DNA of 64,000 nucleotides from assembly GCA_002633005.1 (NCBI GenBank), contig NMRA01000025.1, forward strand, positions 469,502-533,501, written 5' to 3'. This DNA comes from Phoronis australis (Eukaryota; Animalia; Phoronida). The notes under the pieces are model-generated. The model was not told where the DNA came from, did not search any database, and was given only the letters and a program-made list of their open reading frames with translations. The stretch's first letter is position 1. The number at the start of each line of letters is the position of its first letter. This document shows positions 41,469-54,980 of this stretch, one piece after another. Both the position numbers and the translations under genes were made by a program.

Positions 41469-44400
41469 GGGGCTATTCGGAAAATCTACAATAACTAGAG
41501 GGCGTGCGTGTACTAGTGGTGATAGATTAACAGCCTCGATTTCGCGAACCCTTTAAATACATGGTGAAATGGCTTGCAGCCGTGCCAACTGAATCTGAGA
41601 TTGCGTAAAAAGTGTGCTTCTATGAGACGAAATAAGCACGACCTCATACAAAGGTAAGGTTTGTGATTATTTTAACGATTATTCCATGATTATTCTACCG
41701 ATGCCTGTTAACTGAGGCACTCGCCGATGTCGACTTCGCGGCAGTCAGTCGCCAGCCAGAGTCTGGTTAATCTTTGTATGTTGTGATATGTGATACGATA
41801 CTTGACGTAGCAATCGGGATCTTTTCGTACATCAAAGCATTATTATTGTTTGGAATGATTTCTAAAAGTTTATCAGTGACAGTTACATCAATCAATGCTG
41901 AATGTTTATGCTGTCAACTCGATACAGGTTAATGAGTTAAGATTACAATCCAATCCCAATGGCAAAGGGTACGTGAGTGATAAATATCCATTGCATTAGA
42001 CTATTTGTTTACTCCCTATCATATGTCTTCTGGAAATCTATTACACGTTGAAATGGAAATCTATCACGTCAGTTTTCACGTAACCTTTGGTTTTTAGGTT
42101 TGAAGGCTTGTACCGTGCAGAGGAGATATGCATCGCTTCTGCACCGTCCCTGAATGGACAAAAATTGGTTTTTAGCATTTGACTGCAGCTAACCAACAAG
42201 ATCTTCCCATCCAGTGCAGATCTGTTGTCAAAGCCTACTTTCAATATTGGAGACAACGAACAAAGCCTTTGAAAAGGAACAGCTATTTTTAAAGTCATTT
42301 TGTTAAATTACTTATTCAGGTCCCGAGGGGGGATTGGCATGGGGGGTTGTAATATTTGGTACAACTGAATGTGTGGAAATAACAGGTAATACATGTTTGG
42401 GGAAAAGAGCATGGTGAGGTAATTCTTAACCTTCACGAAGTCCCTTCAAGTTGATTTCATGAAACTGTTTTGCTACTTGTATCAATTGTAAAACCACGAA
42501 AATATATTACATTTTCCGAATTCACAGTGACTGAATAGTCTTAACTCATGCCTTGAAATGTTGCAAGTCGTTATAAATTCAAATGACTGCCATTTTTGTG
42601 AAAATTGCATTTTTGATGGTGCCTTACGATTTGTAATTACTCTTAAACAACAGAAAGATTATCCATCATTTTTAAATGACCCAAGTCTTCATATCTTCTA
42701 TTAGAAGAAAAACGGTTCCCTCAACCTTAGGCTAGAAGTATGCTTGACAGACCCATGAACCTGTAATCTGAGTTTAAAATTGCTGAAAGTATCAAAATTA
42801 AAAAGGCTTGAAAATGGGTAACAAAGGTTTGAAGTTGTCTCAAAAAACTTGTATATTTTACAGACAAGTGATGCGTTTAAAGAATTGTTATGGCTAGGGA
42901 TAAAAAATAAAGACACAGTTTTATGCAATACTCATTATATACACCCTTGGTTTCTGAAAATAGTAATTATTTACTTTTATGTGAAACTGTAGACCAATCA
43001 CCATATATTTTTGAAAAACAGGGATAACATTTTTGATCCAATCTGGAGTACTTAATTATTCATATTTCAATATTTGTTCCAGGTTCAGTGACATTTTAAG
43101 GCCACTTCAAGCTGTATCATAGACAAGCTTTGTTACTCCGTTCTCTTCCCACAGCACTTCCACACACCAGCAGTGCTGCTTGGCACAATGTGCAAGTCAG
43201 TGGCCCTGGAGAAATGTGAATCGCAGTACTAAGTTACCATAAGACAATGTGCCAGTGGAGTGTCTGTGTATCCAGACGAACTATATCTGACTGCTACACA
43301 AATAAGCCTTGTTGGTGAGGATGCCCTTTCATAGGCAATGAGTCATGTGTGGACAATAGCTTATTTCCTTTCCTGGAAGAAACATGAGGGACTGAAGCTA
43401 AAGAAGACCTAGTCACACTCTGGTCTAGTTCAGAGTCTGATTTTGGGCTCAAAACGATTCAAGTGATATGCTGCTGTGTTTACCTTCAAGGGTCTAATTG
43501 TGGATGTTATTGAGGCTGAATGAGGTTACATGAAAGAAAGCCACGTGTTGAAACTGGACCTTTTTTACAAGCGCTTCTATAGGCCATTGAAACTAGAACC
43601 CAGTGAAATGAAAGCCAAAAGCTGAGTGACATTAAATTTTCCTTTCAGAAGAAAGGCTTTATACTATTGGTAAAAACTTTTCAATTTGGTACAGATTATG
43701 GGGAAATGACATTCAGTGACTGCATCGATTGTCTTATTGTATGTTTTCAATTGTAGCTAGCTGGATAAGAATCTGCTATGCACAAGATTCGAGAATAAAC
43801 AATTATCAGTGTATTTAAAAACAAATGGCAAACTGAAAAAGCACAGAAAGAAACAACATTGCGAGGGAGTCCATAATCAGGCATATCAGGTGCTGAATTT
43901 CTGAATTACGTTCAATTCTCTCAGGTTATTGCTGAAGGATTGCTTTTCACTTTGTCCAACGGTGAAATAGATGGTCAGGCGGTTGGTTTCAGTTGTTTTT
44001 TCTTGCCTGTAACAGAATAGAAATATTAGCAAATTGTAAAAGAAAAGACAAGACAAAACTACTTTTGTAAGGCAGAACATACTTGACATTTCATCTTCAT
44101 GTTTATGTGTAGAAACTAATAACCTTTGTACCCAAGTCTTATTTAATATCTGAATTAAAATATGTGAAACAGGCTAAAAGTGATTTAACAATGTGTATTT
44201 TTCATGACACTTAAAATGTGCTTCTGATCTCAACAAGTAAAATTCATTCTAGGTGTCAATTTTTTTCCAATGCAATGTTACGACATTTACTGAATTAAGG
44301 CTTATTCATGTTAATTCGATAACTGAGCTGGTGGTCCTGGGGGTGGGGTCCACGATAAAATAAGGAAACTCACTCATCTAGAGAATTTTATTGGAAACAG

Positions 44401-44980
44401 CATAGTTTTGAAGAGAAACTGCTGTGAAAAAGTCACTCTTGACTTCTGTGCATCACGTATCATACACCTCTTATTTTGGGAGCACTCCCACCCAGGACAA
44501 TATGAATATGTGCTGCTAGCCTACCCGGCATCGGGTGAGTTTCCAAAAAGAAACACTTAGTTCCACTCAATAAAACTGTTATTCAGTGGGGTAACTGGTG
44601 GGGATAACATCACCGAACGATGTTGATAGAAACTGATTGCTAAAAACTTACCAAGTAATGTTGTGTAGTCTCCGAATGGAACTGCATAGTCATAGAGCAC
44701 ACACGGGGCTTCAGCATCCACACACTTTTTGTCAGTTAGTTGACCCTGTTGACCGCAATTGTCCACGAATATAGTAACCTTAGGTTTTTTGGGAATTTGT
44801 GGCCACCTGTCGAAGACTTGCACCAGGGAAATTAGCAGTAATAAGGCTTAGCGCGACGACGTATTTTGATAAAAATTCCATCTTTTACCAGTTGTTTACA
44901 TGCAGACAGCCACGCATGCGCAATTCAATCACTACTAGTACAGCAGCGACACCGCGAGGAGAAATTCTCCGAATAGCCCC
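41469..44980 (+). mobile_element. Decayed ISL2EU-like DNA transposon with a YqaJ/lambda-exonuclease remnant (~43150-43600)
   Basis: AT|GGGGCTATTCGGA ... TCCGAATAGCCCC|AT gives TIRs and an AT TSD, plus a shared subterminal tgtactagt.gtgat. An internal frame reads LKLKKT*SH...VQ...VFTFKGLIVDVI...KLDLFYKRF, like a YqaJ C-terminus. Confidence 0.65.
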
Positions 44981-47900
44981 ATTGTCGTTGTCGGCTGTGC
45001 CTGTGCATGGTGTGTACTGCTGAAAAGTGAGGTGTGCTGCTAGAGGTTGAGTCTAAATGGAACTTTTGTAAGGGAACATTAACATGCAGTTTTACATCAT
45101 TACTCGAGAGGTAGGAGGAGTTGGGAAAGATGGCAGTTTATAACTGAGGAGAGGGGATATACTCATGGTGACGTCATCGCGTGGTTTACGACATCACAGT
45201 ACATATCGTTGCGAAACTGATTCACCTTCTGAGGAATTCGACCAATTCAAAAACCGGGACCTGCCGTCTCACGCTTCCAAGATTTTTTCATATTTCCCAC
45301 TTATCTTATGTACATGTACACGGACAAACGACAGACCCACTCCATCATTGCCCAGTAAACTGTAGGGTTGGTTTTGATGACGTAATTAGAGGCTGTACCG
45401 TGAGAGGGGTTCATGCAGGTGGTGACAAAGGCGGGCCGAGGGGGTAAAAATTGCCACAATTTGGATGATGTAAGGTAGGCATGCAGAAGTTATTCTGAAT
45501 ATCATTTTGTCATCAAGTGCAGTTGCTACGACTGTCATACATCGGAAAAGATGCACCTTTTCGATTCACCATTAAAAGAAAATGTTAACGTCATTTAGCA
45601 TTAAAACTGGATTTCGCGACAGGCTGACGAATGAAACGGCACCAAGTACAAATTTCCTCTAAAGGAATGTGTGTGTAAAAGCAATTTAGTTAACACGTAA
45701 TATCACGCTGTGTTTTTTTTTTACCATATGCATGATTCGTCATCCTATACCATTTGACTGTTATATTCTTGCTTAACTGGTATTTTGACTGCATTCAACC
45801 TTGTTCATTCATTATTGAAGTGCACTGTAGCTGACGTTTCGCTAATGTTGTCGATAAATGCACAATTACCTGTTGGTACATATTTAATGTTGATTGTTGT
45901 GAACATAAGTTTGGCCCCAGTGAACTGCTGTGCCCGGGGGCCCATGATATTGATAAGACCACCCTCTGGTGTCGGATACATGTAGTTCTCGGATAACACG
46001 ACAAGAAAGAATTGAACAAGTTTTGAATAAAATTCGCGGACTTCCAAGTGGTGAAAGTAGGCTAGACAGTGAAAATAATTGAAGCGATGCGTAAACCAGG
46101 AACGAATTGACGCTGTTTGTAACCTTAACACTGATTGGTTCAGAACATTGGCACGTGTTCGACAACTTGCTGACCGCGTCATTGACTAGTCAGCGTGTCA
46201 AAAATGACTCGTGGTGTGTCAGAAATGACTCGTCACAAGATGACGCCAGGCGCGTTCCACCGAGCAGTGCCAAGAACGACACTCGATGTTAACGAAAGTT
46301 CACCTCTCTAATCCTGAACACTTCGTCAAGTCTAAATTACAATGCACAGCTGGCATCTCTTTTCATTGCACAAAAACTGTTTAAATTGTGACATGCAATT
46401 TACTAAGCAGTCACTCACTTTCCGCGGCCGTAGTGGGATGTTTGCCCAGGCCTCGAAACTTCATCCAACCGTGCTTCATTTTACCTTTAAAGTTCCAGAT
46501 ATTCAGCAATTATGAAATGAAACAACTCAATTAGTTCGAAAATCGAATGTATCCATAAAGGTTTTGCATTGTTGTTTGGTGTTTTACTGCTGCAAAATGA
46601 TAAAGCCAGGAGATAATTTTTCGCAACTTGTGTCAACGTCATGACCCGTTGACGTCACAGGCTAATTCTAACACCATTGCCTGCTGTCTAGTGTCGGGTA
46701 ACGTGCTGTTATCGAGTGGAACTAGCTGAGCTGAATTGATGAAAAATGCAAACGTTTTAGGTGGCATGCTCCTTTGAAACGAAGCAAATGCTTCCTAGAA
46801 TAGATATAAAATGGTGTTTTATTTAATCTGAAAATGTACCAAATAAGCCTTTGTTGGTGCTCAAACACCTATGTCAGGGAAACGCATTTTTATTTTCGTA
46901 AAAGCTTTCAACAATTGGTTCTCTTATTTGTGCGCACTCTATAGTATATCTTAATTTCCCAGGGAAATTACTGTCAAATACGGAAGGTTTATTAATCTTT
47001 CCTCAGTCAGTGGCTGGACTGGCTGTCAATAATCAAACTTTACGGAGTTGTCACAATGCCGATGAACACAGATATGGTTGGTCTTAATGAAACCTATCTC
47101 TAGGGAGGTGAAATATATGCACGTTAAACTTATACATGGCTTTGTCTCAACCGATCAAGGAAACGTGTAAAAGCACCGAAGATATTTGGACGATTGCTGT
47201 TCTTCCACCAGTGATGCCGGTTTGTTTACCTATAACGCGCTACCTGTCAACAATTCGACCAGCCAATCAGAAACGCCGTTGTAAAAAGTTTTTCCCCGAG
47301 GAAAATTAAATGACGCCTTCGTGTCCCCTTCCCCCTTTCGGACACGCAGGGAATCAGGGAGACTTATTATGGCTGGTTTCCTGCAGTGCCCGAATTCACA
47401 ATATGCCTAGTGCGGACGAGTTTAGGAAAGACTGACTTTTGATAAACAGGTTATAAATAATCACAGTGAAGCCTTGATTGAGCATAATTATTAGATCTGT
47501 CTAGAAAATTGTAGATTCTTAACAACTCAAAAACAATGCAACTAGTACCGATCTATAAACAAAAATTCTTACGCTGATCATAAATATGCCGTTGTTCTTT
47601 GAACCCTTCAGGGCACGGCACTCGTAGGAACACCTTCCGAATGGAGATCTCTTTTACCGTACGTTTTGCATGTGTATGGTGCTTGTAACGGTAAGGTGGA
47701 AGTGCGTAATTCCATGCATTTGCTGCTATCTAAGCTGTATAAGCTAACTGCACGTCGTGCATGTATACTTATCTATGCTTATTCTTTGCAAACGTAAAGG
47801 GACTCAAAGGAAGGTGCACCAAAAGAAGCCATCGACTCAATAAGAAGATATCAAATTGTCCATACATTTTCTACCTGGTGTGGTCCAAAAACAAGGAATT

Positions 47901-49624
47901 TTAGAGACGGATTTGGCAGCGGTCCCGACAAAACGACTTGAGAGTGTGCATGGAGTACGAAATACAAAGTCATAAGGCGCTCGTAAGAAAACCGTAAGGT
48001 ACCCAAAGAACCATATTGTAAGAAGTCTAGTGTTATCGTGGGACCGAATCGATTCCTTTTCTCAAGAATGCGTCAAGTTTAACACGCAAATAGAACGACG
48101 GTACTCCATAAGAAGGTCGTAATACTCTATGACCGCGCTTTCATTTACTAGTCCACGTTTGTTCTTAGTTTCTGGCCCTAGATTCGAGTTAAAAACTCGA
48201 GTTCGTATTTGTGTATCCATCTTCAGATCGTGCAGCTCTAATTCTGGGGTCATCACGTGCACATTACACGCTACATTCATCCACGTAAAAACCATACTAG
48301 AGCTCACAACCATAAACACGTATGTTGAGTTCATCCTATGAGAAATGTCATTAATAATTTAGAGTTCGACTTCTGCAAAACTGACTTTTTTCTTGCTCTG
48401 ACGCGTGTGAATTTTTCTTTGTTCTTTTGCCAATGATCTATGATGTTACATTAAAGCATTGTATTGCCTTCTGAAGTATTTATAATATAGTTTATTTTCT
48501 TTCCAGGAAAATAGATAAACACTCTCACCGACAAGCGAGAGAGAGAGAGAGGCAGGGAGGGAGGGAGGGAGGGAGGGGGGAGACATTGTTCCATCGACAT
48601 AAAACTTAAGTCGACGTCGATACGCGGAAAAGGTCGACTGGGATATTATTTCATCCACTCCACTCGAGGTACGGTTTGTATTTATCCCATACGCTTCGAA
48701 CTCTTAGTTTCTTTTATTTTTCGGCGGATTTTTTAAATACTTCACCCAGGCTGTTCACGTGGCGGATCACATCCTATAACATATGTACTTGCGCGTCATG
48801 TTACAAGTTTACCCTAGTTAAAGAAAACAGTTATTGTATTAAATATAACGATTTATTACTTGAGAAGAGATAACAAAGATGGAAACAACAATAACTGTGC
48901 ACTGATTTTGTAACATTTTCTGAAAATAATTAAATAACAGCAATATTTAACATTGTAATTACCGAGGAATAGCGCCTGAGGCGCAGGTGATATAATATTT
49001 AGTAAATAAAACTACGATTGAAGTTTTATATAATTTTAAAACAGTTTTGTACCCGATGTTTGGGACCTGGGCCCGGTCTCTAATCTTTGTACTCGAAACG
49101 AACTCGAAATTATTTTTGGCAATTTCTCTGCTCCTTTTGTGCGAACTTAAGATAATTGGTTATCAGACTGTGCTCGAATACATTATAGTTTATGCATAGG
49201 AGTTTCTAGTTCAAGTTTGCCCTTGAAGACCCTTATATTCGTGCTACAAACTCGANGGAAAGTCAGGAAATTTGTCTAACATCAAGTCAAAAGACAGAAA
49301 TTCGCATTCTATTTGACTGGACAGAAGAAACGCAAATGACAAATATAGTTTTTGACTATTCCTTGTCAGATTTCTGACTTTTCGCCAAAGTCAAAAGGCA
49401 AAAGCGGCTAGATTTAGAGAAATAGGCCCCTGAGTTTTTTATGTTCGTGTCAGCGTCACATTCGATCTTCGTTATACTTGGATCCATCTTCGATGAACTC
49501 CAAAATCACTAATAGCTTCGAGTTTGAAATCGGATATAAATTCTGTGCTCAACGTTTCGATAAACGTCGCCCCTCTTCTGGAACGCAATTTCAAAGTCAA
49601 TTTTATTTATAAATCACGGTCATT

Positions 49625-49954
49625 TCATGGCTCAATTTCCTTTCTTAATATATCAGTGTACCATGTTTCACTCCTGACCATCTTCCAACAGAGCGGGTGC
49701 TTCTTCCCTTTGTCTGTTAGCGCGTAGCCAAACGTATTGGGCGTCGGCAGGTGGGAAGACTGCCTGATTTTAGTTTTCAGTTTGGCAAACGGGATCAGAG
49801 CCTTGATACAAGTCTGGTGCCAATACTGTCTCACTTTACGCAATTTATCCACGTCGTTTTTCATTCTATGTTCTCCATATTTAGCCACTTGTTCCAAGTG
49901 CCGTTGGACGAAGAAATTGTACAACTTCATGTCGCCCGAATTGATTCTTGCAAC
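49625..49954 (-). CDS. Exon 2 (terminal) of a Gal-3-O-sulfotransferase-family gene
   Basis: Acceptor atatttcag|GTT (phase 0). Reads VARINSGDMKLYNFF...YGEHRMKNDVDKLR...C...GYAL...C..M..SE..Y, the Gal3ST C-terminal pattern. Confidence 0.85.
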   Translation of the reverse strand, partial: VARINSGDMKLYNFFVQRHLEQVAKYGEHRMKNDVDKLRKVRQYWHQTCIKALIPFAKLKTKIRQSSHLPTPNTFGYALTDKGKKHPLCWKMVRSETWYTDILRKEIEP

Positions 49955-50102
49955 CTGAAATATTACTTCAAGCTGATGAAGAAATAGACCGGCAGCCCAC
50001 AGCAACTTGCATAGAAGAACGAGGAGACAACATGTGATCACAGGGGTACTAACTGCAAAGTGCACCCCCACTATGTACAGAAATGGAAGTCTGCGCATTT
50101 AT

Positions 50103-50580
50103 CAGGGCTTGGAATTTTTTTCAAATGTTCTGTCCGCGCATTTTATTATATTTCCGCGTAAAAAAATCGGATTTGATCTAAAATTTCCGCGGCAAATTCC
50201 TTTCTTACCGCGGCGTTGCAGATGACGTTCCCCTCGAAAAGCGGAAGTTGCTCTTTATGTTTCGGAGCAACGTAAATTGTCAACATTGCCGGGGCATCTG
50301 GGATAGCGTGGTGGGATTTTCAATGGCGTCTCGTGTTTTTGTAAAGCGCGGCGACAAATACTACGGCTCTGCAGCCAAAAATGTGTGGGTCGGGAGTGGA
50401 CCGACGAGCTAAAAGGACGCATGCTACTGATGGTGGTAACGTTTTTTTTTTTTGTTTTTTTTTGGCCTCTCGATTTTTGTCGGGGAAAGGTTCACATCGA
50501 CCATTTCAAGGCTAGGTAGCGCGTATGATTTGGGCCGTAAAAGTTTCCGCGTTTTTTGTCATTGGTCATTCCAAGCCCTG
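50103..50580. mobile_element. hAT-like MITE in the sulfotransferase intron
   Basis: Perfect TIRs CAGGGCTTGGAAT ... ATTCCAAGCCCTG and subterminal ccgcg repeats. The 8-bp TSD is not clean. Confidence 0.7.
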
Positions 50581-51059
50581 GCTTATGTCTGCACTCTAAG
50601 GACTTTATGATGAGAGGGCCACCAATTGACCTACATTAGATTTCCGAGGTACCGGCCGAAACTGAGTTCTGAGTGACCCATGAATAACAAAATGCCTTAC
50701 CCAAAATTGAGCTTACTCAAGCATTCGAGGCACCACAAAAATCCATGTGATTCAGTACACGCCACGGCATATCTCGGACAAACAAAATACACCCTGGGTT
50801 CGACTGCTCTCATGCGATTTCAGGTGAGCTCACGTCGAGATTTTGTGCTCCTGGACATGCGCGTTATGAATGTGAAAGGACTCTGGCTTGGTTGCTAGTC
50901 ACAAAAGACTCAGGGCTACTAACGAAGTGCTGCAACTTCTTGCAATTTGTTTTAAAACGTGCACAAATTTGGGACAAAGGGGAACATTTGGAAAATCGGT
51001 GAAAACAGAAATTGGCCAACACGTAGCACTCACAATTTTGTGCCAGATTTTGTTTTGGC

Positions 51060-53830
51060 TTTTACCCAGATATTTCTAAAGCTGCATATTTTTGCAAATT
51101 TGCACCAAGACAAATAAAAGGGTACACTTGAAAAGGCGATGTGAGACCCACTAAGCAACACGTTTATGGGGGTGGCCCCAATCCCTTGCCATGCTATACC
51201 ATGCGAAACGTAACGACCATTTTCCGTCTGTTGCTGTTCATGACTTCCCCGCCCCCTCCAAAAGTTGTTGCAAAAAAACAGCATATGGCGCTTGCTTGTG
51301 TCGCGAGCGTACTGTTTTCCAGTAGACGATAGAATTTTCTTGGCGAAGAGGACGGAGAATTATGCACGAAAGTGACGTTTATCACACTGTATTCCATTTA
51401 ACGTTTGTAACGAGCAAGGTGAGTGTCGGTTACCACTCACAGATTTCAAATGCACTTCTTCCAGACGTTAGATCCAAGTTTCATGCCAAGAAAACTTGGT
51501 AACACAAATCTATAAATTTAGTTCATAAATAAACTTTAGTCAGTTTTTGGAACGAGCCCCAAAACTATCCGGGCGGTGTGAAAATTCGACCTCTATATAT
51601 ATTTTCACGAATCGTTCCCTGGGTGCATTTTGACGCTAGTTGTACAGCTTTGCACTGAGGTTAGTCTTCATACAGTAGACTGGCTCGTGTATGTGTAGGT
51701 GGTTACCCATGTAAGTAACCTTGGTACAAAGCTGTATACTAAATATTTAGCTTTGCGCCGATGTGGGTAAAAAAGTGNAGGACGGAGAATTATGCACGAA
51801 AGTGACGTTTATCACACTGTATTCCATTTAACGTTTGTAACGAGCAAGGTGAGTGTCGGTTACCACTCACAGATTTCAAATGCACTTCTTCCAGGCGTTA
51901 GATCCAAGTTTCATGCCAAGAAAACTTGGTAACACAAATCTATAAATTTAGTTCATAAATAAACTTTAGTCAGTTTTTGGAACGAGCCCCAAAACTGTCC
52001 GGGCGGTGTGAAAATTCGACCTCTATATATATTTTCACGAATCGTTCCCTGGGTGCATTTTGACGCTAGTTGTGCAGCTTTGCACTGCAGTTAGTCTTCA
52101 TACAGTAGACTGGCTCGTGTATGTGTAGGTGGTTACCCATGTAAGTAACCTTGGTACAAAGCTGTATACTAAATATTCAGCTTTGCGCCGATGTGGGTAA
52201 AAAAGTGGTAAGATAAAATCTGACACAAAATTAGTGTCATTAAAAACTACAGTTTCCGTTGAGTAAACTACATTATTTAAAGGTGTTGGAAAAAATGTTG
52301 TTCTACCCTTATTCTCCTAATAGAGTTGAGGAGCGATCTTTAGCGACGACTTTCGGCGCCATGAAATATTACGTCACCTATTGGCCATTTTCTTTTTTGG
52401 CTGATTCTTCAATCAACTGTTGTTCTTTCACGAGGTTGCGTACACGTCACAACAATTTATCGCAACTGGTTTCACTTATACATAAGTTTTTAGAATATTG
52501 ATACCGAAAAACCGAATTTCAGAAAAAAAAATTTACTGCTGCCAAGCTATCATCATCTCCCGAGAGATGTCACAAAAATTTAGGAAATGGCGCGTGCGCG
52601 TGTCACGGGCGTACTGTTTTCAATACGACGACATAACTTTTCTCTGCTAGAAAAGGCGGAGGATTGCGCAAGAAAATGACGTTGACGAGCAGAATTTAAT
52701 GTTTCTTATGGTTATGAGTCAACGGAAAATTCGAGCGCATGTGGTTAGACACTAAAACTTTGACGAGTCGAGGCTCCTTACTCCAACTGTCCCAAATCCA
52801 AATAAAATCGGTGTGCATCTCCCTCAGACTGGTATTGCATAAACCTTTGAAGCCTTATCTTTCATTGATCCCCTTAAATTACCCCTGTGGGTGGCCGTGA
52901 ATTAGCGACGAATATTTCAAAACAATCTCTAAACTCTTAATTCAAGGACCCAAAATAGTAAACATGGCAGATTCCAGTTGTGCTTTAACTTGTACGCCTG
53001 TCGAAGATGAAATTTCCAGTTTGAGCAATCAATTTATCGGGTCCCCAATTTAAATGATTGAGGTTACTAAAAAAATCCTTTCATTTCTGTATAATGTGTT
53101 CCTCCTCATGCTCCTTTTATCAGTTGCAAGAACGGGCGTATCTTGTGTTTGATCTTGTTGAAGCATAACGAAAGCTCGGATTTTGGCGGAGATTTCCGAT
53201 GACTTATCGCACGTTTAGTTGCGGTAAATCATCCAATGAGATAAATATAACTATATATGTAGCTCATTTAGTGTACAGGTTTGTACCAAGGCTAGCTGGC
53301 TGACTACTATGTAAGTAGCCTTGGTATATAAATATACAGCTTTGCACCGATGTGGGTAAAAAAGTGGTAAGATAAAATCTGGCACAAAATTAGTGTCATT
53401 AAAAACTACAGTCTTCCTTGAGTATACAAAATTATTTAACAGTGTTGGAAAAAAATGGCGTTCTACCGTTATTCTGCTGCTAAAGTTGTGGAGCGTTCTT
53501 TAGCGACGGCTTTCGGCGCCATGAAATATTGCGTCACCTATTGGCCAGTTTCTTTTTTCGCCGATTCTTCAATCAACTGCTGTTCTTTCACGAGCTTGCG
53601 TACACGTCACAACAAATTATTGGAACTGGCTTCACTTCATTATAATTTTTTAGAATTTCGATACCGAAAAACCGAACTTCAGAACAAATTTTGCTTCTCC
53701 GAAGTTGTCGCGAAAATTTAGGAAATGGCGCGTGCGCGTGACACGAGCGTATTGTTTTCGAAACGACGACATACTTTTCATTGTTAGAAAAGGCGGAGAG
53801 TTACGCAAGAAAATGACGTTTATTGCATTG
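51060..53830. repeat. Intronic repeat cluster: gap-flanking duplicate (51349-51777 and 51779-52207) plus diverged ~0.5-kb units (52130-52690 and 53270-53830)
   Basis: Near-exact duplicate around the N at 51778. Shared blocks such as gatgtgggtaaaaaagtggtaagataaaatct and ttcggcgccatgaaatatt. Confidence 0.85.
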
Positions 53831-54179
53831 TTTTTCACTTAAACGGCTGTAACGGGCAACGTGCGTATCGGTTGATTCCCAGATTTTGCATGCACCCCGT
53901 CCGGTCTTTAGCTTTACATTTTGATACAAGTTTCACGGCGCGGTGACGAGCAGAACTACCCTGGCTGCGTGCAATTTCGGGGTCTACGGAACAAATACAT
54001 ACAGTGGTATCTAGCTGTATTTGGACGACAGTCATCATACAGCTAGCTGGCTGACTACCATGTAAGATGCATGCATTTGAGACTCATTACTAGAAAATCA
54101 GGTAACTGTATGACGACCAGCGTCAAAATACATATTTATGCATTTTAAGCACATTTTTGTATCAAGGCCAACTCATTAC

Positions 54180-54980
54180 CAACTGACGATGTAGTGTTTC
54201 TGTTTCTCTCGAACGCTTAAATATGCTTGGTACGCCCAGTTTAACGTAAGCCATGTCTTCGAAAGTTAATCCCAAACGATCTTTGACCAAAACCAAGCCT
54301 TCATCTAAATATTCAGCCACAAGAATAATGTCGAAGTGAGACCAAATATTAGCTATAACTGTTGAGGTCTGCTTCTCGTCCGTAGCATTTGTAGAAGCAG
54401 GCATTCCGAATTCTCGTAGAGTGGGATTGGGAAGAGGTATTTTGCATTTTCGCTTGAAGATCTTCTTGATGTACTTTGCAGGCGATTCCACGAAATGGCC
54501 AAGTACATTTCGTGTCTCTGGAATTTGCAAACACTGCCGAATATCCCATTGGTAGACACTGAACAAATATCTCAGTACGTCCTCCGGATGGCTTATAACA
54601 GTAATGTATACGGATTTACTTAAGCTTATTATCTTTTGCAAACGCTTGAAAATTAGCGGGACGCGGTGAACCAGGATGTCGTAACTTCCAGTTTCTGTAG
54701 ATCGATGAACAAGAAAAGGTTTTCCAAACTCATATCCTTTATCCGGTAAAGCAAAACGCAGGTGTCGACTTTCACCATATCTGAACATAATGTTTTGGAG
54801 CGAGTCACCGGCGGCACCAGACGTTTTGAAAAATAGCAGTTTTTGTTTTTTGAGCGGCTTTGATTCAGACGGGCTTAAGGTATTGTAGAAAATGTGCATT
54901 AAACACGTTGCAATTCCAACGGCAGCACCACTAATGAGGATTTTTAGACGACGATTCCTGAACTGTGATGAACAAAACAT
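54180..54980 (-). CDS. Exon 1 of a galactose-3-O-sulfotransferase-family type II membrane protein (376 aa after splicing)
   Basis: ATG at 54980 and an N-terminal TM anchor. Reads LLFFKT....SLQNIMFRYG...LRFALP and FDIILVAEYLDEGLVLVK..L. Donor TTG|GTAATG is phase 0 and matches exon 2. Confidence 0.88.

Larger units (their letters stand above)
38118..46773 (+). mobile_element. Kolobok-like element ends enclosing nested insertions
   Basis: Left end TTAA|AGGAGAATGCCACC; right end GGTGGCATGCTCCT|TTGA. The right end could instead pair with the left end at 32203. Confidence 0.55.

Noticed and set aside
54162-54179. Premature stop suggesting a truncated sulfotransferase
   Set aside because: It is read-through into the intron. 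A phase-0 donor joins exon 2 at 49954.
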